Source: Callorhinchus milii (lineage: Eukaryota). Taken from it: 64,000 nucleotides of DNA. A program made the position numbers and the translations under genes. How positions within the stretch are numbered: position 1 is the stretch's first letter; each line of letters opens with the position of its first letter. This document shows, in pieces, positions 15,901-33,940 of the stretch. The notes below the pieces were generated by a model. That model was given only the letters and a program-made list of their open reading frames with translations. It ran no database searches and was not told where the DNA came from. The stretch covers positions 20,956,001 to 21,020,000 of the forward strand of contig NW_024704750.1 of assembly GCF_018977255.1 (NCBI RefSeq), read 5' to 3'.

Positions 15901-16997
15901 CAGATGCTTCAATTGGAAGAGCGAAGCGGAGCGGAGGTGAGGAGAGGAGAGCTGGCGGGGGGTTCCGAGATAAAGAGCGACAAAACCTTGAAGAGGATTC
16001 CATGACAGAGTCGGGCATATATCATGTAGCGCTGGTTGACTCGAAGTGATTCCAGTTCCTCCTGTTTCTTACAGTCAATCTCCTGGCCATTGTGATCTTG
16101 TCCCAGGGTAAGTGCAGCCTCTCGCGATGTGTGACGTGCTATCTGGTAGCTATGGCGGTGGCAGACCTGCTGGTGGTGGTATCCGATGTGGTGTTAAGAT
16201 GGGTGATTGTTTATTTCCCCGTGTGCTTCCTGGACATCACTCCTGTGTGCAGCTCGGTGATGGTCACAATCGTGGCCTCCACAGAGTGCTCCGTCTGGCT
16301 GACAGTCTTCTTCACCTTCGATCGCTGCGCGACCATTTGTTCCCAGAGGCTAAAGTCCAAGTACTGCACTGAGAAAACAGCGGCTGTGGTGATCGGGACG
16401 GTGTGCGTGCTGAGCTGCTTGGAAAGCGTTCCCTGGTACTTTAAGTTTGAGCCCGGCCATGTTATCGACAACGTGCCCTGGTTTTGCGAAACAAAAGCCA
16501 GTTACTACACTTCGTCCACGTGGGCAGCGCTGGAGCTCATCCACCGCATCCTCGTGCCTTTGCTGCCCTTCCTCCTGATTCTCGTTTCCAACGCTCTGAC
16601 CATCCGGCACATCCTGGCCTCCAGCAAAGCCCGCAGGCGGTTCCGGACACACAGCACCGGGGACCGTCAACCAGACCCAGAGGCTGAGAGGCGCAGAAAG
16701 TCTATCACTCTGCTGTTCGCCATATCAGGCAGTTTCATCCTTTTGTGGACGCCTTTCCTCTCCTATTTCATTTACCAGCGAGTGGGCTTCATGTCCAATT
16801 CCTATCATCCCTCTCCCCTTGCGGCGACGCTGGGCGTGATGCTCCAGCTGCTCAGTTCCTGCACAAACACATGTATCTATGTCGCGACCCAAAGTAAATT
16901 CAGAGAAGAGCTTGGGAATTTTTTGAAATATCCTTGCACTCTAATTGTGAAACGCCTTGGACGGCCTCCTGACGTGAAAGGCACCACACGGATGTAA
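12943..16997 (+). CDS. GPR139-like class A (rhodopsin family) GPCR, copy 1; 2 exons, 337 aa
   Basis: Exon 1 12943-13033 (MQYPYN...[11 protein letters not shown], phase 1, GTACGT donor). Exon 2 16075-16997 after a ttcttacag acceptor ([17 protein letters not shown]). Seven hydrophobic segments with AMAVADL, FDRC (DRY-like), LWTP and CTNTCIY (NPxxY-like). Confidence 0.9.
14206..14570 (+). mobile_element. tRNA-derived SINE (dominant family) in the GPCR intron
   Basis: Full head-to-tail copy. Confidence 0.8.
15036..15360 (+). mobile_element. tRNA-derived SINE (dominant family) in the GPCR intron
   Basis: GGAGTCCTGTCGCGTAGTGG head, body and truncated tail. Confidence 0.8.
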
Positions 16998-18069
16998 TTT
17001 GTGCAAAGGCGTCCTTCTGATGAAAGGTTAAACACAGATGCCCTCTGCCTCGCTCAGGTTAAAGATTCCATTAGAGAAGGCCAAGATAATAATAATAATC
17101 CTTGCATTGAATACAGCGCCTTATCACGTCTTTGAGACTTCACAGGATATACTGTAAAGTTATTTGACTGTACATTTTGTGGGTGAAAAGCAGCAGCTAC
17201 TTGCGCACCGCAGTGTCCCACAAACAGCCATGGATTGAGTGACCAATTTATTATTTTTCAAATAAATTGCTATTTTGGGGACTTTGCTGCATCCAAATTG
17301 GTCACTTTTTTTTCTGATAAATGCTGATGAGTACACTTCCCTTGAGGAGTTCTGAAGCATTTGGACGTCTATCGCCAAAGGCAGGGTTACATTATTCAGT
17401 CTCCTATTACAGACTTTACACACATAAACATTGTTCTTTGAAATCAGCAAATTCTTCCAAAAAGATTTACAATTGATTAAAAAAAAAAGGTACCATATCT
17501 GAACTCAATAATGTTTTATCAAATAAATGAATGGCTCCAAAATATTTTTGCAGTCTCATGACATTAATCAGAGAAAGAATTGACAGCTGGAAGGGGTTCC
17601 CTTAATGGTGTGATGGTCAGCCCATGGACCTCAAGAGGTGAACCACCAAACATCCACACTGATCTATACAAATGTAATGTTATTGTTGTTGTTGTAAATC
17701 CAGTTTTTTTCTTGTTTCAATATTTCTTATGGCATAAATCAGGTCATATTCACTCAAGAACATTTATTTTGTTGGCCGACCAAAAAAGATTGGGCACAAC
17801 AGACTTACAGACATTGGGACACAATGCAGGACAGCACTCATTTACAAACTATTTTCATATTGTAATGAGAAGACAGTGGTTGTGACGGGTATTCTGGAAT
17901 TGTGAGGTCCAAATGGCCATTCCTTTGCTCAAGGCAGTTCTGCATATTCTCACTTCAGGACATGGAATCCGATGCTCCAATGCAGCGCATTGTCGGAAGC
18001 GCCGTCCTTCAGATGAGATGTTTAACCAAAGTCCCATTTGCCTGTTCAGGTGGACATTAAAAGATCCCA

Positions 18070-19520
18070 TCACTTCAGCTCTCTTAACTCTTCAATCCTC
18101 TCCCTACCGCCACCCAACCCATCTCCATTTCCTACTTAGCATGGAAAAAAAAATCTCCCCTTCCCCCCCCTCCCTCTCAGCTGCATTGGAGTCATCTGAA
18201 CTCCTTCCCCTCTGGGCTTCCTCCCGCAATTACCTATCCTCCTCGGTCACTCTTCTCCACAGCTCCCTCTCCTCCACTCTTGATTTTCTTGCTCCCCTCC
18301 CTTTCCAAACCATGGTACACCAGCTACCTCTGTTCCCTTAAAGCACAGGTGCGTGTCGCTGAGCGCACCTGGCTTAAATCTAATTTAACGGTCCATTGGC
18401 AGATCTGGCTGGACCATGTCAAATCCTACTGCTCTGCTCTTGCCTCTGCTAAATCGTTGTTCTACTCCAAGACAATCTTGGAGGCTAAGGACAACCCCAG
18501 GCTCCTCTTCTCCTTCATGGACCGGTTCCTCCGTCCATCCTTTCATGCCTCGCCCATCCTCACCTCAAATGCCAACTGCGAATCCAAAGTCCAGAAAATT
18601 CCATCTGCTACCCCTCCCCATCTCCCTCTCCCCCTCCCACCTTGGCCCTTACCCATCCCTCCCTTCAAAGCTTCAAACCAGTCTCCCACTCCTCTCTCAT
18701 CACCACCATAACCCACATGAAACCGACCACCTGCTCCCTCGATCCTATCCCTACCCCTCTCCTGACCTCCCAGCTCTACCTCCTGGCCCCTCTACTCACT
18801 GACATCATAAACCACTCTCTGTCCTCAGGTACTGTTTGCACCCCATTAAAAACCACCGTTATCTCTCCTATCCTTAAAAAAACCACCCTGGACCCATCTC
18901 CACTCAGAAACTACCACCCGATCTCCAACCTCCCTTTCTTGGACCGAGTTGTTGCTTCTCAGCTTTGCTCCTTCCTCTCCCGCCACTATCTTCTCGAACC
19001 CCTCCAATCGGGTTTCCGTACCGCTCACAGCACAGAAACAGCCCTGGTCAAAGTGATCCCGATCAGCCCCATCCTCGCCCTACTCCACTGGCTTCCCATC
19101 ACACAGAGGATACAGTTCAAGATCCTAGTCCTCACCTTCAAAGCCCTCCATAGTCTTGCTCCCCTTTGCGACCTCCTAACCCTCTACCATCCTGCTCGCT
19201 CCCTCTGCTCAGTGGGCTCCGGCCTGTTCCACGTTCCCCGCCTCGCTTGTACCACTATTAGTGGGTGGGCCTTCTGCCACTCTGTCTCCACCTTCTGGAA
19301 CTCCATTCCACAGTCCCTCCACCTCGCTCCTTCCCTTGCCACCTTCAAGACCCATCTCAGGACCCTCCTCTTCGACCGTGCTTTCGATCTCCCTGCTTCC
19401 CCCCCCAGCCCTCCACCCTCCCCGACCCCAACTCCCAGCTCGGGTCCAAAACTCTGTCCAGCACTTTGAGACGCCCTCCCCATGTGAAAGGCGCTGTACA
19501 AATGTAATTTTGTTGTTGTA
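18070..19520 (+). mobile_element. L2 LINE fragment (ORF2/RT with internal deletion, plus 3' tail)
   Basis: TTCSLDPIPT, NYHPISNLPFL, QSGFRTAHSTETALVKV and LHWLPI..RIQFKILVLTFKALH; tail GTGAAAGGCGCTGTACAAATGTAA(TTG)n. Confidence 0.9.
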
Positions 19521-21734
19521 TATTCTGTGAAGTGCTTTGAGATGTCTTGGTGATGGTTCAGGATTGACATCATGGCCCTCATTGAAACCTGGATCATCTC
19601 AGGCGACACCTCCCCCTTCACTGAGGCCACACCACCTGGCTATAACCCCACCTTACACCACATCCCAACTGCCATGGCAGTGGTGTGGCCCCCATATCCA
19701 AGAGAGAGAAGAGGAAGTGTAGAGACGTATGATTTTCATTTCACTATGATAATAACCAGAGGACACAGATTTAAGATTGGAAAACGACCCAGACGGGAGG
19801 CAAAGAGTAATGTTTTTACTCAAAGAATTGTTACGGTCTGGAATGCACTGCCTGAAGTGTGGTGGAAGCAGATTCGCTAGTAGCTCTAAAAAGGGAATTA
19901 GATAGGTACTTAAAAAGGAAAAAAATTGCTGGGCTATGGTGTAAGAGCAGGGTAGTGGGACTCGTTGGTAGCTTTTCCAAAGAGCCGACATAGGTACGAT
20001 GGGCTGAATGACCTCCTTCTGTGCTGTAAAATTCTATGATTATATGAGTGATGAATAAATGGCTCTCAAAAGGTTTCAGATATTCCATGGCTCCAATGTT
20101 GTACTCAAACTCCAATGTTGGAAAAGATGGAAACCATCCTCCTTGACACCCACCAATTTGCTTGGATACTGGGTCCCACTTCCGCAGCCTCTCTATCGAA
20201 CTCATCAAATTGAGGGCTTTGGTTCAGCCCTCAATTCTCTTTCCTCTCTCAGATCTGGTCCCTGGCAAAGACTTGGTGGAATCTTCACCACATCATTCCC
20301 TCATTCCCTCCTCACCTCGTTCAAAAATGATTTAGTAATGTTCAGCACTTTGGGATGTCCTCTCACCATGAAAGATACTAATAATATATAAATTCCGAAT
20401 GCATTATATCGCCTACTGCTGCGCAAATTCCATTCATGTCTTGGTCACTTCCTGCCTGGAGATTATAAATGCCCTCCTCGCAATCTTCCCATCTGCACTA
20501 TTCACACATAACACCTAATCCCAAACTCCAATCCCTGCAGCCTCAAATACATGTCACCAGCTCAAGATCCTCACTCTCACTTAAAAATCTCTTCAAGCCA
20601 TGGCACCTCCCTACTTCTGTATTCTCTCCAGCCTCACTCTCCTGCTCACTCCTCTGCTCAGCAAATGCAGGTCTACCTCATGTTCTCATTCCCAGTGTCG
20701 TTCAACCTCCTACACCACCACCTTCTGGAACACTCACCCTCAAATGCAGTGCCTCAGTCTGTCTTCAAATCCATCCTAGATATCTGCCTCTTTACACTTA
20801 GGTTACACGAGGCTGTTAGACCTTGCTAAATATTACATATTACAATCTTTTGTCAGCCTGGCTAAGTTAGTAGCACTTTCTTCTCTGAATTACAAATGCT
20901 CAAGCCCTGGGTGGAATCTTTGAACACGGTCGAGGTTGACACTCCATTGCAGTCCTGGAGGACTACTGGAAGTGTCATTCTTGGGATGAGAAGTTTTAAC
21001 AGGATCCCATCTGCCTGTTCAGAAGAACATTAAAAATCCAATCAGCTATTCGAAAACAGAAGAGAGTTCCTCTCGTGGCTAGGTTTTCCTGGCCAACAAC
21101 TCCCCAGATAAATTTGGCCATTCACTTCATGACTGTTTGTGGGATGAGAATGTTCTCCCAACTTGAAAGGCGCTCTATCAAACGTTAGAATTATTCTTAT
21201 AAACACATGTGGTTTCATTTGATGTTTCTGGCAGTAAACTGTAGTGACTGTGTATTTGTACACAAACACAGCAGCCAATTTGCATTCCGCAATGTACCAC
21301 AAAGTCGTGCAGTAATTAACTGATTTTATTTGGAGTGAGTGTTGGCCAAGAAGCCAGAGAAACTCCCTTCTCTTTTCTTTTCTCTTTGCTGTGCGGATCA
21401 TTGATGCCGAACTGAACAGGGAGACAGGATCAGCACCCCGGCAATGCAGCATTCCCCCAGCAGGTGATATGTGTCCCCTAACTATAAACCAGACAATGTC
21501 CTGAAGTTGGGCTTGAACCCACAATATCCTGACTCAGGCGAGAGTGCTACCAATTGAACCAGGATGAAGCATTGAAGATCTTAAAATCGTGGACAAAGTG
21601 AACATGAAGATCTGTATAACATAGTCAGCAACTCTACGATAGGCAGACACTGATTCAGAGAAATGATGAACAGACAGTTTCCAATTAATTACTGCAACCA
21701 GAGAGTGGTGAATGTGCTGACTGCATTGCCCAAA

Positions 21735-22080
21735 CAACAACAACAACAACAACAAGATTCCATTTATAAAGCGCCTTTCACGCCAGGAGGACGTCCCAAG
21801 GCGCTGCACAGTTGGGTCATGACCCGAGCAGGGGGAAATGGTCAGGGTGATGGGAGGGAAGGGAGGGAGCGAGGAGGGGGGAATGGTCAGGGTGAGGGAG
21901 GGAAGGGAGGGAGCGAGGAGGGGAAGAGAGTCGAGAGGGGAGCTGAAGGCACGGTCAAAGAGAAAGGTTTTGAGACCGGCCTTGAAGGAGGAAAGGGAGG
22001 AAGCAAGGCGAAGGCACTGGGGGATGGAGTTCCAGAGCCTGGGGGCTGAGAGGCTGAAGGCCCGACCACCGATGGAACCA
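21735..22080 (-). mobile_element. 5'-truncated L2 insertion specific to duplication unit 2
   Basis: (CAA)n tail plus reverse L2 3' end, flanked by CCAAA (21730-21734, 22081-22085). The empty site is at ~12121-12126. Confidence 0.85.
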
Positions 22081-22805
22081 CCAAAGGAGGGAAGGAGGCC
22101 ACGTTGTGGCAGAAAACCCAAGAGGGCAGCTATTTGGCAAAGAAATTAGATGAAGGGGTTGAGAGTTCAAACAGTGTGTTGCATTTTTTACGTTGCATAT
22201 TAGAACTGTAGACTACAAGTTGTACACAGAAAGTGGACTTTTGACTCATTGGATTTGCACAGGTCTTTGCTCATTCATTTAAGACACCCATTCTAAATCC
22301 AATCCCTGCTCTTTCCCCATACCCTCCAGTGCCTTTTGTCCATATGTGGTTATCTAATTCTTCTTTAAATACTCACCATTGACCCTCGTCCCCTCTGCTC
22401 CACCAATGTGGCCGTGCCTTCAGCCACTACACCCAAAACTCTGGAACTCTCTTCCTGAATACCTCTGCCTTGCCTCTTCCTGCCCCACTTTCACTTTATG
22501 CTTAAAGACCTTTTTGATCGTGCTTCCAGTCATCTCCCCCCTGCCTCTCCCCCTGGCTCGGGGTCAGACTCTGTCACTGTGAAGCACTCCGGGATGCTAC
22601 CCTGTTGTTGTTGTTAGAAAACCATACCAAATTGTGAAGTTGACAACCCTCTGCGGGGAATATTTTTCCTAAACATTTGCCATTTGATTTTAAAATGGTG
22701 CCAAATCCATGTGACCTTACATCACGCAATGTATCTGTTGGAGGTTTTCTGGTTGATTAAGCAACTGTAGCTTAGGTAATTGTCCCCACAGAGTCTTCCC
22801 CGCAG

Positions 22806-22811
22806 TATAAA
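22806..22811 (+). promoter_or_regulatory. TATA box of GPCR copy 2
   Basis: TATAAA 79 nt upstream of the ATG at 22885. Confidence 0.55.
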
Positions 22812-22884
22812 TGAGGTTTGCAATGGATCTCTACCAGTCACAGCTGCAAATTATCTTCACGTCCTGATTGTGTATTGACATACC

Positions 22885-25236
22885 ATGCAATACCCCTATA
22901 ACCTGGCTCATATACCAACAATATCTGAGATTGAAGTCATTTACTATCCGATCCTTGGAGCAGTTGGGATTCCTGGTACGTTGCTTTTAAAATCTCTCTT
23001 GTAATATTGTGTTAAAGTTTAAGAGTGTTATTCATTATTATTTTTATTTGTTATCATTATTTTCATTGTCTTTGTTGCACAATCACCTATTTTGTCCTGC
23101 TCTCCCTTCACTCATTTGCATTACATTCTGCTGTCCAGAGACTTCCTCTGACATCTTTCCAGAATCATTGTTGGTAATGAAGATCTATACCATGACCCAC
23201 AGTTGGCTTTTAAACTAAAATTAAAATGGATGTGATATATTGTTTAAAAAAATTACTAAATCAAAAGAAAGAGTGCCGAGCTGGCTCAGTCAGTATCATT
23301 CTCATCTGAGTCAGTAGGTTGTGGGTTCATGGTGACGGGTTCCACCGTCAGGACTTGGAACTCATATAGTTTAAGCTGATGCTCCAGTGAGGCAGTGGAG
23401 AGAGCTGGGTGGGGGTGTTGGGGGGGCTGCATGGTCAGTGGTGCCGTCTGTCATCCTTCAGATGAGATGTTAAACTAAGGTCCCGTTTGCCTGTTCAGGA
23501 GGATGTTAAAGATCGTGTGACTATTTGAAAAAAGAAGACAGTTTAATAATAAAAACAATCCTTGCATTTGATATAGCGCCTTATCACATCTTCAAGTCAT
23601 CTCAAAGCGCTTCACAATGATAAGGTGTCCTTCACGTGGGGTAGCATCTTGGATCTTGGAGCACTTAACAGTAGCAGATCCTGATGCTGAGCCGGGGATA
23701 GGTGGGAAGTGACCATTGGTATATTCGAAGAGGAAGATATTCAAATATGATCTAAAAATGAGGAAGGAGGAGGGAAGCCGGAGAGATTGTGGATTGTGGA
23801 GTCCCTTAGCATATTAGCTAGAGCACTCGCCTCACAAGCAAGGGGACCAGGGTTTTATCTCCAGACGGGGCGAAACCTTAGGCAAGTTTCCTTACTCCAC
23901 ACACCTCTGTTTACCTCACAGTGAATGGCGACCCAGTTGTTAGTCGTGAAACGTCTCAATTGCTGAATTGTTAGTTTTGACTGTATTTGTATTTATCAAA
24001 AGTGGCACTGAATTGGGGCTCAGTGACATTCCACAAACTGCTATGAAATCAATACCTATATATCTGGAACAAAACAATTGGAGGGAAGAGGTCTGGAGTT
24101 TAGGAAACTATTTGAAGGAGCGAATAACTGGTGCTGGAGCAGATGCTTTAATTGGAAAAGCAGAACATAGCGGAGGTGAGGAGAGGAGAGCTGGCGGGGG
24201 TTTCCGAGATAAAGAGCGACAAAACCTTGAAGAGGATTCCATGACAGAGACGGGCATATATCACATAGCGCTGGTTGACTCAAAGTGATTCCAGTTCCTC
24301 CTGTTTCTTACAGTCAATCTCCTGGCCATTGTGATCTTGTCCCAGGGTAAGTGCAGCCTCTCGCGATGTGTGACGTGCTATCTGGTAGCTATGGCGGTGG
24401 CAGACCTGCTGGTGGTGGTATCCGATGTGGTGTTAAGATGGGTGATTGTTTATTTCCCCGTGTGCTTCCTGGACATCACTCCTGTGTGCAGCTCGGTGAT
24501 GGTCACAATCGTGGCCTCCACAGAGTGCTCCGTCTGGCTGACAGTCTTCTTCACCTTCGATCGCTGCGCGACCATTTGTTCCCAGAGGCTAAAGTCCAAG
24601 TACTGCACTGAGAAAACAGCGGCTGTGGTGATCGGGACGGTGTGCGTGCTGAGCTGCTTGGAAAGCGTTCCCTGGTACTTTAAGTTTGAGCCCGGCCATG
24701 TTATCGACAACGTGCCCTGGTTTTGCGAAACAAAAGCCAGTTACTACACTTCGTCCACGTGGGCAGCGCTGGAGCTCATCCACCGCATCCTCGTGCCTTT
24801 GCTGCCCTTCCTCCTGATTCTCGTTTCCAACGCTCTGACCGTCCGGCACATCCTGGCCTCCAGCAAAGCCCGCAGGCGGTTCCGGACACACAGCACCGGG
24901 GACCGTCAACCAGACCCAGAGGCTGAGAGGCGCAGAAAGTCTATCACTCTGCTGTTCGCCATATCAGGCAGTTTCATTCTTTTGTGGACGCCTTTCCTCT
25001 CCTATTTCATTTACCAGCGAGTGGGCTTCATGTCCAATTCCTATCATCCCTCTCACCTTGCGGCGACACTGGGCGTGATGCTCCAGCTGCTCAGTTCCTG
25101 CACAAACACATGTATCTATGTCGCGACCCAAAGTAAATTCAGAGAAGAGCTTGGGAATTTTTTGAAATATCCTTGCACTCTAATTGTGAAACGCCTCGGA
25201 CGGCTTCCTGATGCGTTAATCACCACACGGATGTAA
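22885..25236 (+). CDS. GPR139-like class A GPCR, copy 2; 2 exons, 337 aa
   Basis: Exon 1 22885-22975 ([30 protein letters not shown]), exon 2 24314-25236; same motifs as copy 1. Confidence 0.9.
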
Positions 25237-26385
25237 TTTGTTGTCTTCGAGACGTCTCAAAGCAGTTCACAGGATATTCTGTAAAGTGATTTGATTGTAT
25301 TTCTGTGGGTGGGTGAAAAGTGGCAGCCGCTTTCCTTGAATGGATCTGAAGCATTTGGACATCTATGGCCAAAGGCAGGTTTACTGTTATTCAGTCTCCT
25401 ATTACTGACTTTACACGCATGCACATCGTTCTTTGAAATTCTTCCAATTTTACATTGAATAAAAAAAAAGGCAGCATGTCTGAACTTGATAATGTTTTAT
25501 CAAATAAATGAATGGCTGCAAAATATTTTTGCAGTCTCATGACATTAGTCACACAGAAGGAATTGACAGCTGGAAGGGATTGCCTTAATGCAGTGATGGC
25601 GAACCCATGGACCTCAAGAAGTGAACCGGCAAACATCCACACTAGCCTAGTCTATACAAATGCAATTTTGTTGTTGTTGTTGTAAGTCCGCGTGTGTTTC
25701 CAGCTTTTTTCTTGATTCAATATTTCTTATGGTATAAATCAGGTCATATTCAATCAAGAACATTTATTTTGTTGTCTGACAGCTGTGAGCTCTCAGCTGT
25801 GGCCAAAGGTTCATTGTCCGTATTTTAGAGCTTTCTTCAAGGCAGTTCTGCATATTCCCACTTCAGGACATGGAATCTGAACAGTCATGGCTGTAGAGCA
25901 AATTAGCGACTTGGGAGATAAAGAAGAGTGTGTCAAGTAGGGGCAAAAAGCTCAACAAAAGAAATAGGGCTTTCCAACAACACCTTGTATTTATATAGCG
26001 CCTGCCACGCTGAACGGCGTCTCAGAGCGCTTGAACGAGTAGTGGAAATAGTAAGAAGTCAAATTTAATGGCGCTATATCTGAATGCACGAAGCATTCGT
26101 AACAAGATAGACAAATTAAATGCACACATAGACATAAATGGGTACGTTCTAGTGGCTGAGACGTGGTTACAGGAAGTATTACTCTGCTTACCTAACTCTG
26201 AGAGCCAAGACCTGGGGACCCAGATTGTGTGTTCAAGGAGTTCAACCTGCTGTTTGTCCAGCTAGGACCATCCTATCTGTTAGGGCTTTGGCTTGCAACA
26301 CCTCACCATGAAGCCAGCGCTGCTTGAAGGAGGATAGTCACTAGTTGGTCATTTGACATCTGACAATCGCAGGGTTGAGCCCTCA

Positions 26386-26900
26386 CTAGGTGGGTACTGG
26401 GAACTCCCTGTGAGCTTCCTGGTGAGTAGAACAGCTCAGCGTGAAATGTGTGAGAGCATTGCCACCATCTTCTTGCCCACAGCTCGGGCACACGTCCCTT
26501 CCCATTGAGCAATGGTTACACTCGTTGGAGGTGTGGAGCATGATCAGCAGATGGATACCAAGATCTAGATAGATGAACGTGCGTTCATGAACTTGAACTC
26601 CATGTAACACCTTCCAGCAGCTGTTGCCGCAAACCTCAGAGTTTCCCCGTAAACTATCTGACAGAGTTATGAAGGAGAACTGTTTGGACACAGGTCATAT
26701 ATGCCACAAACTTGACCTGCATTGAGACCCTTGAAGAGACAAGAATGACCTTGTTGTTAAAGACAGTTTCCAAGTAAATTTTGTTGACTGCCAGAACCCC
26801 CCTGGACCCTAATATGAGTCAATATTTGTGACACAGGCCCCTTGTATTTTCCAATTAATACCTTCAAGGTCCTCTCAAGGCAACCACACCACCATGTCCC
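26386..26900 (-). mobile_element. Possible Tx1/L1-clade LINE ORF2 C-terminal fragment
   Basis: WKVLHG...CPSCGQED...HFTLSC resembles the zf-RVT/CCHC region. Confidence 0.4.
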
Positions 26901-28277
26901 ATTGAATGGCCCAATAATGGATTTGACGTTTCACCGACAAAATGTATCGTCAATACACTTTATAACATATTCTGTGAAACGCTTTGGGACGTCTCGGTGA
27001 TGTGATAAGGCGAATGCAAGGATTATTATTATCATATTATTATCATGTGAGGAGTTTGGGAACAGCCTGGAAGAGATGAATGCCTTCCTAATGAGTTTTA
27101 TTTCACTGCTTCTCCCAGTACAAACACTTGGGGGACAGAATTTATCACAACGGGGAAGTTAAAGTCAATTAGGTTTACCAATAACAAAAGCACAGCAGCA
27201 CCTGAGCACAAAACAGTTCAACATAATCATTTCAAAATTAATATAGAACAGCATTCAAGAGTAATAATAATCCCTCCAAAAGAAAACAATAATAAATTGG
27301 TCATTTTCAATCCATGACTGTTTGTGGAATGCTGCTGTGTGCAATTGGCTGCCGCGTTCGCCCACAAATATACAGTCAATTCACTTTACAGTATATCCTG
27401 TGAAGCCCTTTGGGACATCTAGAAGACGTGAAAAGCGCTATATCAAATGCGAGGATTATTATTATTAATATTACACAATAGAGAGGTAATCTGTATTTCA
27501 CCTCTGCGACTAGGATTAAATCAATCCCCCTAAAAATTTGTGTGTGACTTTTAACTGTCCTCTCACCTCTGGCAGGGAAAGAATGAATAAGTGATCCTTG
27601 CATTACGCAATGCAATGTAGTATCTCTATCTATCGTACACTACACATCTTGAAATCATATTCAAAAGGAAAAGGAAAAATCTGAGCAGTAACAACAACAA
27701 CTTGCATTTATATAATGTCTTTCACACAGGGTAATGTCTCAGAGCCCTGTCTAGAGCTGGTTGGACACTGAGCGAGGCATCAGAGGTGCATTCAGGTGGG
27801 ATTTAAGAGAGATAGAGCAGGGCGAGGTGGAGGGATTGAGGGAGGGAGCTCCAGAGGTTAGGAAATCATTATGTTTTAAACAACAGAGCTGGGAAAGTGG
27901 AATTAATGATGCAATGTGGAGAAAAAATCATACAGGATGGTCCAAATGTCCTCTTTATTATATGCAAAGAAAAATATTTGTTTATGATATAATAATCCTT
28001 GGATTTGGTATAGCGCCTTATCACATCTTCGAGATGTCTCAAAGCACTTCACAGAATATACTGTAAAGTGAATTAACCTTTGCCCAGTACTTTGTGGGTG
28101 AAACAGCAAGACAAAGCCCTGCCTAGCGGGTAAGGCACTGACTGTCTTCAACAGATCAAAGCAGTGGTTGTTGGGAGTAAAAGGTAAGGAAATGAAGAAA
28201 ACATGAATGAAATATTTGGCAAACTCACTTTGAGTTAAGTGAGATACTGAGGCCCCATCAAGAAACCGTGAACCATG

Positions 28278-33079
<4,802 letters not shown>

Positions 33080-33852
33080 TCTGTTGTAGCTGATTTGTCG
33101 TCTCTGCCAAGGAAGAACAGCCAGGACTAACTCACACAACGGCTCTTTACTGAGGAGTCAGTTTGAAGGAGAGAGCAACAAGGCTGATGCCCCAGTTTTG
33201 GAAGAATGAGGTACGAGAAATGATTAGATAAGCTTGGGCTCTTCAGTTTTAAGAGAAGACGACACAGAAGGGATCTTGCAGAGGCAAAGCTGTTTGTGGC
33301 ACAGATCTGAGGTTTGAAGGATAGTTGAGGGTTAAACAGGACACCAAGGTCCCATACTGGCTCAGAGCCTGAGGTGCGGAGGTGCTGAAGGGAGCCAATC
33401 AGGAGAGCCTTGGTCTTGTTGACATTCAACTGGAGAAAGTAAGCTCTCATCCAGGACTTGATATCTGACAGAGTGGAGGGTGGAGGCAGAGAGATAGAGT
33501 TGGGTGTCATCCATATACGATAAGTTAACACCATATCTGTGGATGGCATTACCAAGTGGGAGTATGTAGATAGTAAAGAGAAGGAGACCAAGGATAGAGC
33601 CCCGAGGAACACAAAGATTGAATTTAAAGGTTTTCTATGTGAGTTGTGTTTTAAGGCATGACAATTTATACAGGGTGACCAAAAAAGTTGTGATACCATT
33701 GAGATGTCCAATAAGCCTTAAAGAAATGATCAAAAGGCAAAATACTGCAGAAATAAAAACACACAGTGTCAGATCAGAAAACACTGTGTTTCAAGTGATA
33801 AGAGGCTGAAAGAGGTCACAGGTGGTTTGGGAATAACACATGTAAAACTCAC

Positions 33853-33940
33853 TGAGTTGTTCCGGAACTGGAGCTGACAGGCACTTCTCACGCTCAAACC
33901 AAGTCACTAAAAGCCACTGAGCAAGCACTGGTCTTTTATA
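33853..33940 (-). promoter_or_regulatory. TATA box and non-coding first exon of EEF1AKMT3-like copy 2
   Basis: TATAAAA at 33934-33940 (-), GTGAGT donor at 33852, and acceptor ccttggcag at 33104-33106 before the ATG at 33079. Confidence 0.55.

Larger units (their letters stand above)
10290..17970 (+). repeat. Tandem segmental duplication, unit 1 (contains GPCR copy 1)
   Basis: Collinear with ~19705-25878, from AGAAGAGGAAGTG...ACCAGAGGACACAGATTTAAG to CAAGGCAGTTCTGCATATTC...GGACATGGAATC. Confidence 0.9.
19705..25878 (+). repeat. Tandem segmental duplication, unit 2 (contains GPCR copy 2)
   Basis: Collinear with unit 1 apart from copy-specific indels. Confidence 0.9.

Noticed and set aside
16112-16687. 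Overlapping alternative-frame and antisense ORFs in the GPCR exon (also 24351-24926)
   Set aside because: By-products of GC-rich coding sequence; they are shared only because the exons are nearly identical.
18280-19469. Intact reverse transcriptase gene
   Set aside because: The L2 fragment is frameshifted and the catalytic RT core is deleted (ALVKV joins directly to IPISPILALLHWLP).
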